From the IMG/VR virus record IMGVR_UViG_3300038312_000327, positions 1-64,000 of that record: a stretch of 64,000 nt of DNA; one strand, written 5' to 3'. Source of the stretch: a virus (lineage: Duplodnaviria; Caudoviricetes). The notes under the pieces are model-generated. The model made no database searches, was not told the origin of the DNA, and saw only the letters and a program-made list of their open reading frames with translations. Numbering within the stretch: the first letter of the stretch is position 1; every line of letters starts with the position of its first letter. Positions 18,280 to 27,870 of this stretch are shown in pieces. The position numbers and the translations under genes are program-made.

Positions 18280-19024
18280 ACTGAACAATATTTCCATATC
18301 CTCTTTCGACGCAACCCCATCACCGGAAAACGGGCATCTTGCCCTATCTGGTATATTAGACCTACCAAAGCGTATTGGTGCGACAGAATACAACTGGGGA
18401 ACATCTATTGAACCGTTCGTGGATGCGGAAGATATCGAACTGGATGGCAGGACGCTTACCCTTAATGTCGCAATCAGGAAGATCGACCTCGATGCATTCA
18501 AATCCGCGTGTGTTGCATGTAGGGAATTGTCTTTCGACTACGATACATTCCAGGTAATTCAGAAAGACGAAATCAAAGTTGACATTGTTGGTGATTATTG
18601 TAGAGTATCCGTTCCGTTATGGCAAAATGAGATTGTTTTGCCGGAAATCACTGTAATCCCATCCGGAACAGGCGAATACCAGATTGATAATTTTAATCTT
18701 GTGAAAGATCTCGGCATACATGTCAGCCAAAGTGGGAATCTCCTGAATATAGCCGGCCGGATCGATGTGCAAACGACAGAATTCTATGAAAGAACGAATT
18801 TTAGGGGATTACGGAAAATAGACCTGTCGTGTTCAATAGTCGGAAACAGCTTTGCGGATGTGTACGACAAGATTAACCAATTCAATTCATTGTTGATTTC
18901 CCCGGGAATTCATACGCTGAAATTACGGAATAATGAATACAACGTATATTTTAAAGACGGATTGACAGCGAATATAATAGCTGAAAATATCATTAATTTC
19001 ACATTAAGGGCAACAGTAGCATGA
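18269..19024 (+). CDS. Probable distal tail (Dit-like) protein, two tandem domains
   Basis: Position between TMP and tail tip; two similar halves (..NLV/ALSGI/NLLNI..P/GRI). Confidence 0.55.
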   Translation: MIYKLNNISISSFDATPSPENGHLALSGILDLPKRIGATEYNWGTSIEPFVDAEDIELDGRTLTLNVAIRKIDLDAFKSACVACRELSFDYDTFQVIQKDEIKVDIVGDYCRVSVPLWQNEIVLPEITVIPSGTGEYQIDNFNLVKDLGIHVSQSGNLLNIAGRIDVQTTEFYERTNFRGLRKIDLSCSIVGNSFADVYDKINQFNSLLISPGIHTLKLRNNEYNVYFKDGLTANIIAENIINFTLRATVA

Positions 19025-22000
19025 TATCAGTATATAGGAAAATATCAGGAGTTGAAACGGAAATTTGCACATTATCAGCAAAACAATCTGAACATAAAAC
19101 AGCGATAAGGGGATTAAACGAAATTCAAATATCCATTACGGTTGATGTGATGCTGCCTATCCTGGAAGGGGATTATATCAAACTGAATGGCGTGAATTAC
19201 ACCATCAATCGTGATGTAGAATATACAATTGAATCGGATGTAAAATACAGTTATGACCTTGTATTCGAACATCCGTTTTATATCCTGCTCAATAAACTCT
19301 ATTGCAGCCGGATCACCGGCCATACGAGTTTTACACTTACCGGGAAACTCCGTGATTTTGTTGAATTACTTGTCTGGTGTGTAAACATATCACCTGAAAA
19401 CCCGGATGGCGTTGATACTGGTTGGACGGTTGGTGAAATTTTCAATACGGAATATAAGACTTTGACGTTCCAGGACATGTATTGCAATGAAGTCCTCAAT
19501 AAACTATCGGATGAATTCCAGGTTGAATATTTCTTCAATAACAAGCAAGTCAATTTCGTTGAACGTATCGAGCGTTTAACTGATCACGTTTTTGAGCATG
19601 GAGCCGGTAAAGGCCTGTATAAGCTCACACAGCAAAACGTTGACAAGGAAGATACGGTTACCAGGTTATTAGTGAGGGGTGGCAATCAAAACGTACCGAA
19701 TGGATATGCCGACGAAGAGGGTTATTTGAAATTACCTGAAAACTACCTTGAAGACTTTTCCGAGCACGCAAAAGTAGTTGAAAGGAAAAAGAAGTTCGAG
19801 GAGGAGTTTCCAAGATTCGTCGGTTCCATTGCAACAGTATCAGGTGAAAACAATAAGATCCTCACTTGCCCTCAAATTGATTTTGATATAGCGGCTATCG
19901 CCGTTGGAGATAATGTGAGGATAAATTTCCTTACCGGTGATTTGATGGGGGTATCGATGAAATTTAACTGGCAAAATTCAAACAAGCAAATTACCCTCAT
20001 TGAGCAGGAAGATGAAACGGCGTTGGCGGGTGCAGATGGAACAAAACCGACAATCCCAAACACATCGAAAAAAGCGAAAGTAGGCGATGAATTCAACTTC
20101 ACCGGCGTACTCATGCCTGAGTCCTATGTAACGGCTTCTATTACCCGTTTGCGTAATAAGGGGAACAAGTATCTTGGTCTGTTCTCAAAGAAAAGGGTGA
20201 AATTTACTCTCGATATCGACCATCGATATATGAGAGGCAAGCCTGAACTTATCGTCGGTGACCTGGTAGTAATTTCCATCCCGCAAAGGAATTTCAATCA
20301 AGTTATCCGGATAGCGGAACTTGGAAAAAACTTACATACCGGAGCAATATCTGCAACCGTCTCAAACTATCTTGAAGAGAACTGGGAGAAGTATGTTGAA
20401 AGCAAGGTAGAAAACGTGAGAAACGATATACTTGCAAAACAGGCGAATGTCAGAAATACGCTTGAAACGATATTCAGGGATGGAATAGTCACTGAGTCAG
20501 AACTAAAATCTATCGAAGCAATATTGACAAATCTGAGTGTAGAACGTGGGCAATTGAACGCCCAATACCTGGTTGTCCGTGGAAATGTTAATCTGATCAA
20601 CAAAACACCTTTAGAAACAGCATGGTCGAACTATCAGACTGCATTTGTTGATGTTGAAACAGCAATTAACAATGCCATTACCGACAAATTGATTTCTGAT
20701 GCTGAAAAAGCTAATATTGACAATAAGATTTCAGTTTACTCGACACGTACAAATGAGTTTGCAACAGCCTTAGAGAATGCAAGGGTAGCGATTGAAGATA
20801 ATAAGAATCAGGGAGTACTCGATGTTGTGGACCAGAACAGACAGTATTTGCAAGATCAAATTGATGGTGTGGTCGATAACTGGTTCTATCCGTATTCACC
20901 GACTTTGGCGAATTACCCCGCTTCTGACTGGACTACAAATACCATCAAAGACAGACACGTAGGCGACACTTTTACAAATACGGCACAAGCTCCCGCAACC
21001 GATGCCGGAAAATCATGGCGTTTCGTTAAAAATGGCACAGTCTACTCATGGACACAAATTGCGGATTCCGATGCCGTCTTGGCACTTCAAAAAGCGGCAC
21101 AGGCACAGAGCACAGCTGACGGAAAAAGCACCACCTATTTAATTCAGCCTTCATCTTACAAGTTTGGCGACATGTGGGTATTGGCAGCCGACCAAACCGT
21201 TAACGGAATAGCCTACAAACAAGGGGAAATCCTAACAGCCACACAGGACAGTACAACCTACAATCAGGCGCATTGGGTTAAGAAAGTGAGGTACACGGAC
21301 GATTCGGCGGTGAATAATTTGCAGATAGGTGGTAGAAACTACTTCACGTTATCAACGAATTTAACTTGCTGGAGAACTGACACAGGAGCTTCATTTTCGC
21401 CTACAGAAAGATTCATAGGAGGCTTTGCATTTAATTTAATTTCTGGTGTTGGTTCAAATATAAGAATCTCTAATTATTTATTTAAAGGTTTATGGACACT
21501 AAGTTTCGACATACTTAGTAACGCAACAAATGCCACCTTTCAAATTGATTTCGGCGATACTAATATTAAAAACTTTACTACTCATGAAACTTCAGGTATA
21601 CCTAAACATATAACTTATACGGCTGATAACAATGGAGCATACGATTTCTTTGATATTGCCCTTACAGCCCCAATTAATGATATTCGTATAGAGAACTTAA
21701 AGATTGAAAAATATGGAAAAGAAACAGATTATTCTGAAGCACCCGAAGACGTACAAGCAGAAATAGACAACGCTAAGCAGGAAGCCTTAAACGCAGCTAA
21801 TAGCGTTCAGACAAACGTAGATAACCTGAACAACTATGTTGACGGCTCTTTCAAAAATGGAATTATTGATTCCGCAGAAGCAAAGGCTATTGAAAAGTAC
21901 AAGAACACGATTAACGAGACGATGGCGAAAGCGGAAGCGTCGTTTCTGAAAGTTTTTGGTAACACGTATTTAGAAGGCGCAGCTAAAACAGCACTCGAAA

Positions 22001-24192
22001 ACGCTAAAATAAACCTTTGGGGACAGAGAGATACACTTCTTTCAACTATTAATACCGCTATTGCTGACGGGAAAACAACTATTGCTGAAAAGAATGCGGT
22101 TGATAGTGCTTTCAACACATTTAACAGCCTTATGTCAGCCTTTCAAAGTGCCTTGGAAGAAGCAAATAAAACTATTCAAGCTAAATTAGATAGTTTGAGT
22201 AAGGGGTACGTGGATGAGTTGGAGATTGGGGGAGTCAATCTACTTCTTAACTCAAAAGCATACGGAGATGTAAGGGTGAACCAGACAACCCCCAAAGCCG
22301 TAGTTCAAGGAGCTAATCTATCTAAATTAACTCTAGGTAAATGGTATATGGTTTCTTTTGATGCTAAATGGGTGAGCGGTAGCAATATCCTCCATTGCGA
22401 ATTTAATGGGTCGGAAGGCGGAGATGTAACTGTAAATACCGATGGGAGTTGGAAGAGATATTCATTAAAGAGCAAACCAAACGCAACATTCCTTTATTTT
22501 TGGAACGCTTCTGGCATAGGCGACATTTATGTAAGGAATATAAAGATTGAGGAGGGGGATAAAGCTACCCCTTGGACAGAAGCACCCGAAGATGTACAAG
22601 CCGCCATTGACACCGAAAAGACCCGTATCAACGACATCCTTTCGGACAACGTTGCAGACCCGTCGGAAAAGCAGTACCTGAGCAATCTTTGGCAAGAAAT
22701 CTACGCCGAATACCCACGCATCTGGGCGCAGGCAAACGATTATTCGGTCGATAAGAGCAATTACGAAGCGAAATACACGGCACTTAACAATCTGCTTTCT
22801 CCGGTACTTGCTAATCTTACTGTAAACACAACTGTTTCGGGTGCATCTATCAGAACAGCCTTTTCACAGTACTACGATGCGAGGATATTCTTACAAAATG
22901 CGATAACAAACAAGGTAAATCAAAATGCGGGTGATGCTGCTGCGGTTGCTGGCGATGCGCAGGCAAAGGCGAACACGGCGAAGGCTGTTACGGACAAGTT
23001 CGGTACTACTCAAGATGGCGGATTGATTAGTACCGTGATGATTCTCTTGAGGGAGCTCAACTCTATTATCGAAACTGCGGGTATTTCGGGAATTCAGGGT
23101 GCGTTGAAAAATTATCCGTCGATGTGGTCGGGAGGAACATACGCACAGGCGATGGCAGTCGTTGAATTCCTTTCTAAAATGTCTGCAGGTACAACACCCT
23201 CCAGCGGAGAATATGACAATTTAGCAAAAATAACATTTCTTCATAACGGTGCTGCGAAAGTAGGAGATTTTATCATTGAAGAAAGCGGAAGAATTGTAAT
23301 GGTTCATCCTGACACCGGAAAGGAGCGGCTTGTATTTAACGTCATGGATATCCCCCTTGTTGCTGATTTAATGTTACAAAATACGGATGGTGATTCAGTT
23401 ATAAATGCGGGGAGCTTGTCATCGACAACAAGTACAACAACTCTCCCTAACACCGTCACCGTTACAAAGACCGGCTCTGAATTAACCGTTTCGGGAACAT
23501 GCCTGGTTTCTGGCAGTCTCAATATTCCATCCTATTCAGTCGGGGAGGTTGGCGTGTCAATATATCTATATAAGAATGGAGCATATTATCAGACAATTAT
23601 TTCCGATGGGGACTCGCTATCCACTGAATCACCGAGCTATAGCAATACTACTGCATTTTCAAAAAAATATACTGTTGACAAAGGGACTTATTCAATTGTA
23701 ATATCGAGAACATTTTTTAACTGCAAAACTTCTTCCGGTGGACTTTCCGGGAACTCAACGCTTGCATGGAGTTTTGTTCAAAGCGGTGTTAGGTATTTCC
23801 AGTTTGGATTAAATGGGTTCATGGCTTTCTTCGAAAACAACCATGCTCACTTCACAGAGCTGGAGGGTTGGGATTTACGAGGCAAAACAAATATGCCCGG
23901 AGTACTGCTTTCAGGGAGTGTAGGTTTAAATGGAGGTTTTAACACAGTTTGGGGGGCAAAAAAACATGCTTCGTCCACCGCAATTAGAAATGCTTTAGGG
24001 CAATATACGGTTTATCATAGCGTCGGACATTCCGATTATAGTGTGCAAATAACATCTGAAACGAGCGGACGTGCGTTTTATGTGCCAACGGCTAATAAGG
24101 GAACTTCAAGTTTCGTAGTTTACTTTACTAATTTAAGTGGTGCGGCAGCGGATGCAAACTTCTCGTTTCAAATTACCGGGAGAAATTATTAA
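19021..24192 (+). CDS. Tail tip / receptor-binding protein with two CBM-like modules
   Basis: 1723 aa; Tal-like N-terminus (TVTRLLVRGG); IGGRNY..APED and IGGVNL..APED modules; C-terminal fibre domain. Confidence 0.85.
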   Translation: MISVYRKISGVETEICTLSAKQSEHKTAIRGLNEIQISITVDVMLPILEGDYIKLNGVNYTINRDVEYTIESDVKYSYDLVFEHPFYILLNKLYCSRITGHTSFTLTGKLRDFVELLVWCVNISPENPDGVDTGWTVGEIFNTEYKTLTFQDMYCNEVLNKLSDEFQVEYFFNNKQVNFVERIERLTDHVFEHGAGKGLYKLTQQNVDKEDTVTRLLVRGGNQNVPNGYADEEGYLKLPENYLEDFSEHAKVVERKKKFEEEFPRFVGSIATVSGENNKILTCPQIDFDIAAIAVGDNVRINFLTGDLMGVSMKFNWQNSNKQITLIEQEDETALAGADGTKPTIPNTSKKAKVGDEFNFTGVLMPESYVTASITRLRNKGNKYLGLFSKKRVKFTLDIDHRYMRGKPELIVGDLVVISIPQRNFNQVIRIAELGKNLHTGAISATVSNYLEENWEKYVESKVENVRNDILAKQANVRNTLETIFRDGIVTESELKSIEAILTNLSVERGQLNAQYLVVRGNVNLINKTPLETAWSNYQTAFVDVETAINNAITDKLISDAEKANIDNKISVYSTRTNEFATALENARVAIEDNKNQGVLDVVDQNRQYLQDQIDGVVDNWFYPYSPTLANYPASDWTTNTIKDRHVGDTFTNTAQAPATDAGKSWRFVKNGTVYSWTQIADSDAVLALQKAAQAQSTADGKSTTYLIQPSSYKFGDMWVLAADQTVNGIAYKQGEILTATQDSTTYNQAHWVKKVRYTDDSAVNNLQIGGRNYFTLSTNLTCWRTDTGASFSPTERFIGGFAFNLISGVGSNIRISNYLFKGLWTLSFDILSNATNATFQIDFGDTNIKNFTTHETSGIPKHITYTADNNGAYDFFDIALTAPINDIRIENLKIEKYGKETDYSEAPEDVQAEIDNAKQEALNAANSVQTNVDNLNNYVDGSFKNGIIDSAEAKAIEKYKNTINETMAKAEASFLKVFGNTYLEGAAKTALENAKINLWGQRDTLLSTINTAIADGKTTIAEKNAVDSAFNTFNSLMSAFQSALEEANKTIQAKLDSLSKGYVDELEIGGVNLLLNSKAYGDVRVNQTTPKAVVQGANLSKLTLGKWYMVSFDAKWVSGSNILHCEFNGSEGGDVTVNTDGSWKRYSLKSKPNATFLYFWNASGIGDIYVRNIKIEEGDKATPWTEAPEDVQAAIDTEKTRINDILSDNVADPSEKQYLSNLWQEIYAEYPRIWAQANDYSVDKSNYEAKYTALNNLLSPVLANLTVNTTVSGASIRTAFSQYYDARIFLQNAITNKVNQNAGDAAAVAGDAQAKANTAKAVTDKFGTTQDGGLISTVMILLRELNSIIETAGISGIQGALKNYPSMWSGGTYAQAMAVVEFLSKMSAGTTPSSGEYDNLAKITFLHNGAAKVGDFIIEESGRIVMVHPDTGKERLVFNVMDIPLVADLMLQNTDGDSVINAGSLSSTTSTTTLPNTVTVTKTGSELTVSGTCLVSGSLNIPSYSVGEVGVSIYLYKNGAYYQTIISDGDSLSTESPSYSNTTAFSKKYTVDKGTYSIVISRTFFNCKTSSGGLSGNSTLAWSFVQSGVRYFQFGLNGFMAFFENNHAHFTELEGWDLRGKTNMPGVLLSGSVGLNGGFNTVWGAKKHASSTAIRNALGQYTVYHSVGHSDYSVQITSETSGRAFYVPTANKGTSSFVVYFTNLSGAAADANFSFQITGRNY

Positions 24193-24194
24193 AA

Positions 24195-24220
24195 AATCCC
24201 GCAACGGCGGTTACGGGATT
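24195..24220. terminator. Bidirectional terminator between convergent genes
   Basis: AATCCCG..CGGGATT stem flanked by A/T runs. Confidence 0.6.
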
Positions 24221-24241
24221 CCATATATTTTTTATGAAATT

Positions 24242-24766
24242 CTATTGATTGGGATAAGGCAGAAATACAAAAGCGGTGTCAAACAGCCGATAACATTCGG
24301 TGTAGTTTTCACTGTTGAACGCTGCCTCTATCAACGGGCGGGCGTTATTGATGATCTCATCAGGCACATAAGCGATTGTGTCATTATTAACGTCGGTAAT
24401 TACTACATTGGTGGCATATGTCAGGTCTTTGTAGTATTCACCTTCCGAAGTGATAACGTCAATCCCAAGCATTTTAAGAGACGGTGTATTAAAATCTCGC
24501 TGTGAGTCCATAAAAGTGCGGGCAATGTGTTTCGGAGTTTCAAAGTAGGCATTACCGGCGTAGTGTGAAGTCCACTTGATATTGACAGCATTTTGTACAA
24601 CTTCGAGAGCCGTTAATCCAGTGATAGTCGAGCGAAGCTGGACGCCCTTTGCGGGTTTTAGAATTATCATTGCATTAGGGTCAAGCTGACCTTTATCTAC
24701 GATTTCTTTCGGGTCGCAATTAACAAAAAGAGCGACGGCCAATAATAAGAATAGAATTTTTTTCAT
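24242..24766 (-). CDS. Lipoprotein moron
   Basis: MKK-hydrophobic-FVNC lipoprotein signal. Confidence 0.8.
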   Translation of the reverse strand: MKKILFLLLAVALFVNCDPKEIVDKGQLDPNAMIILKPAKGVQLRSTITGLTALEVVQNAVNIKWTSHYAGNAYFETPKHIARTFMDSQRDFNTPSLKMLGIDVITSEGEYYKDLTYATNVVITDVNNDTIAYVPDEIINNARPLIEAAFNSENYTECYRLFDTAFVFLPYPNQ

Positions 24767-24866
24767 AGCGCTAAATTTTTAATTGATACAAAATTAACCT
24801 TTTATCCAATAAGAACTAACTTGTCAATCTAAAATATAAAAAAATACCGCTTAGAGGGTAAGAAAA

Positions 24867-26324
24867 TCAATAGATTCCTGATTTTATTTTCAGATAATTG
24901 CTACAAGCTTCATTTAGTATATTCCTTGTAATGTCGTGAGCATATTCAAGTATATTTTCACTTTTAAAATCAACAAAGGCAAGTAATTCTTTTGTCAATC
25001 TATATCTAATTATTATAGTACTATCTAATATGGTATATTCGTATGATGGATCCATATTATAGATTCTGAATCTGTTTTTTGAATAATCAGCTAATGCTAT
25101 AAATGTTCTAATAATCTTTTCAAGGATTTCATCATTAAAATATTCTGATATGAGTTTATTCCCAAGTATCTCTATTTTTAATTTAAGATCTTTGTCTGTG
25201 CCCATTAAATCACTCATTAAATCTAAAACGATGAAAGGAGCAAACGCTGTGTTGTAATTATAAGATTTCCAATTAATTGGAATCATGTAATCTTTTATAC
25301 TATAAGGTTTGTTTGAATACTTTAATAAAGACCGTAAATTAATTAAATTATTTTTAATGCAGAGTTTAATCAAAAATTTTAATGCCGACGAACATGTATA
25401 TAAATCATCTCTAAAATTTAAAATATCATTATAGGTCGAATCAAATCGAATTGATTTAAATATTCTGTCAACAGACTCTTCAACCAGAAGATGATTATCA
25501 AAGAAAAAAATATCTCTATCATAGAATTTATCAATGTAACCAGCAAAATCAACATCTAAACCATATTTTGAGTGGAATATTTTTCGAACATTATTAATAT
25601 CACACACTAACATTATTTTATCAAAGCCGTATTTTATTTCATTTTGCTGATAGTAATCCGAATGTGCTGCAAAGATATTGAAAATCCTAAAAATATGTTC
25701 AGGGTCTAATCTATCCAAATCGTCAATTATTAAGACTGTTTTTTTATTTGTATTCTCGGCTTTGTTTTTCCAATCATCAATTAACGAATCTAACAACTCT
25801 GTTATTAAATTTGATTCATAGATTGAGCCGTTCTTATTTTTTTGTGTATGCAAATAATCTAACAAAATATCATAATCAGTTTTTTGAACTCTTTCTTTAT
25901 ACTCTTCAAATGATTTATTCAGTTTTAAGATTTGGGGAAGCAATTTTAAAGCTTTGCCAATTTTCCCTGAAAATTCAGCAACGAGAGATATTAGCTCATT
26001 GATATTGTTCTGAATAAAAAAAGGCAGTAAAAGGTTATTTGAAAAATCAATTTTCTCTGACTCGTCTATAATTTCTAACAGCTTAAAAATTACATCGAAT
26101 TTAATATATTCAAAAATATCATCATTGGATGAAACCACGTAGTGAACAGGGTATATGAAAAAAGGTTGATATTCTCCATTACCATCAAAAAAATTATTTA
26201 AAAAGTATGTTTTCCCATTTCCAAAAGGAGCTGAAAATATAATTTTTTTGTTCTCTTCTAACAATAAGAATTTTTGGAAACGTTGAATTTCAGAATCAAT
26301 ACTAATTATTATTTTGTCATTCAT
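24867..26324 (-). CDS. KAP-family P-loop NTPase
   Basis: SAPFGNGKT Walker A; VLIIDDLDRLDP Walker B; FAGYIDKF. Confidence 0.85.
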   Translation of the reverse strand: MNDKIIISIDSEIQRFQKFLLLEENKKIIFSAPFGNGKTYFLNNFFDGNGEYQPFFIYPVHYVVSSNDDIFEYIKFDVIFKLLEIIDESEKIDFSNNLLLPFFIQNNINELISLVAEFSGKIGKALKLLPQILKLNKSFEEYKERVQKTDYDILLDYLHTQKNKNGSIYESNLITELLDSLIDDWKNKAENTNKKTVLIIDDLDRLDPEHIFRIFNIFAAHSDYYQQNEIKYGFDKIMLVCDINNVRKIFHSKYGLDVDFAGYIDKFYDRDIFFFDNHLLVEESVDRIFKSIRFDSTYNDILNFRDDLYTCSSALKFLIKLCIKNNLINLRSLLKYSNKPYSIKDYMIPINWKSYNYNTAFAPFIVLDLMSDLMGTDKDLKLKIEILGNKLISEYFNDEILEKIIRTFIALADYSKNRFRIYNMDPSYEYTILDSTIIIRYRLTKELLAFVDFKSENILEYAHDITRNILNEACSNYLKIKSGIY

Positions 26325-26401
26325 GAAAGTATATAGTTAAGAATAATACAAACATACTAAATAAAAAGATACCTCCTTTTATATTTTACCATAAAAAGGC
26401 C

Positions 26402-27868
26402 ATGACCATTGATGAAATATTAGCATTACAGGACTTTAAACAAGCTATCGATATTTTAACAAAAGACTCGAAGGAGGATCGAAATCGTGAAGAATATCTT
26501 AAAGAATTTAAAGGCGAAAGAAGCCGTCGTCCAGGAAGTGTTGACAAGCGAGAAGACAAGTCGGTCGAAATGTATTCTGAAACCGAAACGGAGATTGATA
26601 AAAACGGAGAAGAAGTTCCTAAAAGTCTTGGAAAAAAGTCTGTACCGGTTGCACGTGTAAAAACCAATACACCAAAACGCATTGTCCGTATTGCAGCTGC
26701 TTTCCTGTTTGGAGGAGAGATGAATATTTCCTTTGCCGAGGATAGTGAGGGATCACAATTTTTCAAGGAAGTATTCGAGGATAAATTGAAAATGAAATCA
26801 TTTTTCAATCAATTTGCTCGAGTTGTTAAAACTGAGACAAAAGGCGCTATCGTGTTTTATCCCCGTCCAGGCGTTGATGTTGATGGAAAGCAAATTTTGG
26901 AGGTAAAAGCAAAGATCCTGTCTTCAAAAAATGGCGACTTCTTCCCGCACTTCGACGATTTCGGTGACATGGATGCTTTCACCAGGAAGTATAAATCTAT
27001 CTACTCAGAGGACGGAAAAGAGCATGATTTTATTTGGATTCAAACAGCTGCGCAGGAATTTCTATATGTCGACGTATCCGGAACCTGGCAACTTGTAGAA
27101 AAGTATCCTCAAAAAAACCTTGCAGGCAAGATAACAGTAGTATATGCAGAACAGGACCAGCCGGAATGGGAGGATGTAACCACTTTGATGGATTACTACG
27201 AAAACAGGTTGAGCCGCATGGTTGATACCAACGACTACTTTGGCGACCCTATTTTAAAAAATTACGGTGAAAGCTCGTTGCCGTCGAAAAACACTGTAGG
27301 TAAACAGATTTCATATCCTGTCAAAATAGATCCCGATACTGGGAAAGAGTATCATGGTGATGCTGATTACCTCGTTTGGCAGCAATCAATCGACAGCATC
27401 AAGCTGGAATTGGAGACTTTAAGAAATGAAATATATGCCGGATCTTCGACGCCGGATTTGAGCTTTGAAAACATGAAAAGTATCGGAGCATTATCCGGTA
27501 CCGCAATTGAATTAATGTTTATTGAGGCGTTCATCAAGGCCGCTGAAGGGATGGAGATATTCGGGCCTGTTGTGCAAAGATCTGTATCTGTTGTTCGCGC
27601 ATTGATTTCTAATGTGACCAACACCAAGTACAAAAACGACCTGATCAAAGCTAATCCGAAAGTAACATTTGGCTCAGTACTTCCAGATGATTTGAAAGAA
27701 ATTGTTGAAGTCCTTACCAAAGCAAATGGAGATAAGCCAATCAATAGTCAAGAAACAATTGTTGGCCGATCACCTTTCACTAAAGATGTGGGAGAAGAAG
27801 TTAAGCGCCTAAAAGCAGAGGCGGATGAGGATAGTCAACGTAATGTTATAACCGGATTTTCAGTATAA
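26402..27868 (+). CDS. Portal protein (SPP1 gp6-like)
   Basis: 488 aa; TPDLSFENM..LSGTAIE signature. Confidence 0.9.
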   Translation: MTIDEILALQDFKQAIDILTKDSKEDRNREEYLKEFKGERSRRPGSVDKREDKSVEMYSETETEIDKNGEEVPKSLGKKSVPVARVKTNTPKRIVRIAAAFLFGGEMNISFAEDSEGSQFFKEVFEDKLKMKSFFNQFARVVKTETKGAIVFYPRPGVDVDGKQILEVKAKILSSKNGDFFPHFDDFGDMDAFTRKYKSIYSEDGKEHDFIWIQTAAQEFLYVDVSGTWQLVEKYPQKNLAGKITVVYAEQDQPEWEDVTTLMDYYENRLSRMVDTNDYFGDPILKNYGESSLPSKNTVGKQISYPVKIDPDTGKEYHGDADYLVWQQSIDSIKLELETLRNEIYAGSSTPDLSFENMKSIGALSGTAIELMFIEAFIKAAEGMEIFGPVVQRSVSVVRALISNVTNTKYKNDLIKANPKVTFGSVLPDDLKEIVEVLTKANGDKPINSQETIVGRSPFTKDVGEEVKRLKAEADEDSQRNVITGFSV

Positions 27869-27870
27869 TA

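Noticed and set aside
24137-24505. 122-aa ORF overlapping the tail gene end
   Set aside because: It crosses a bidirectional terminator and is antisense to the lipoprotein gene.
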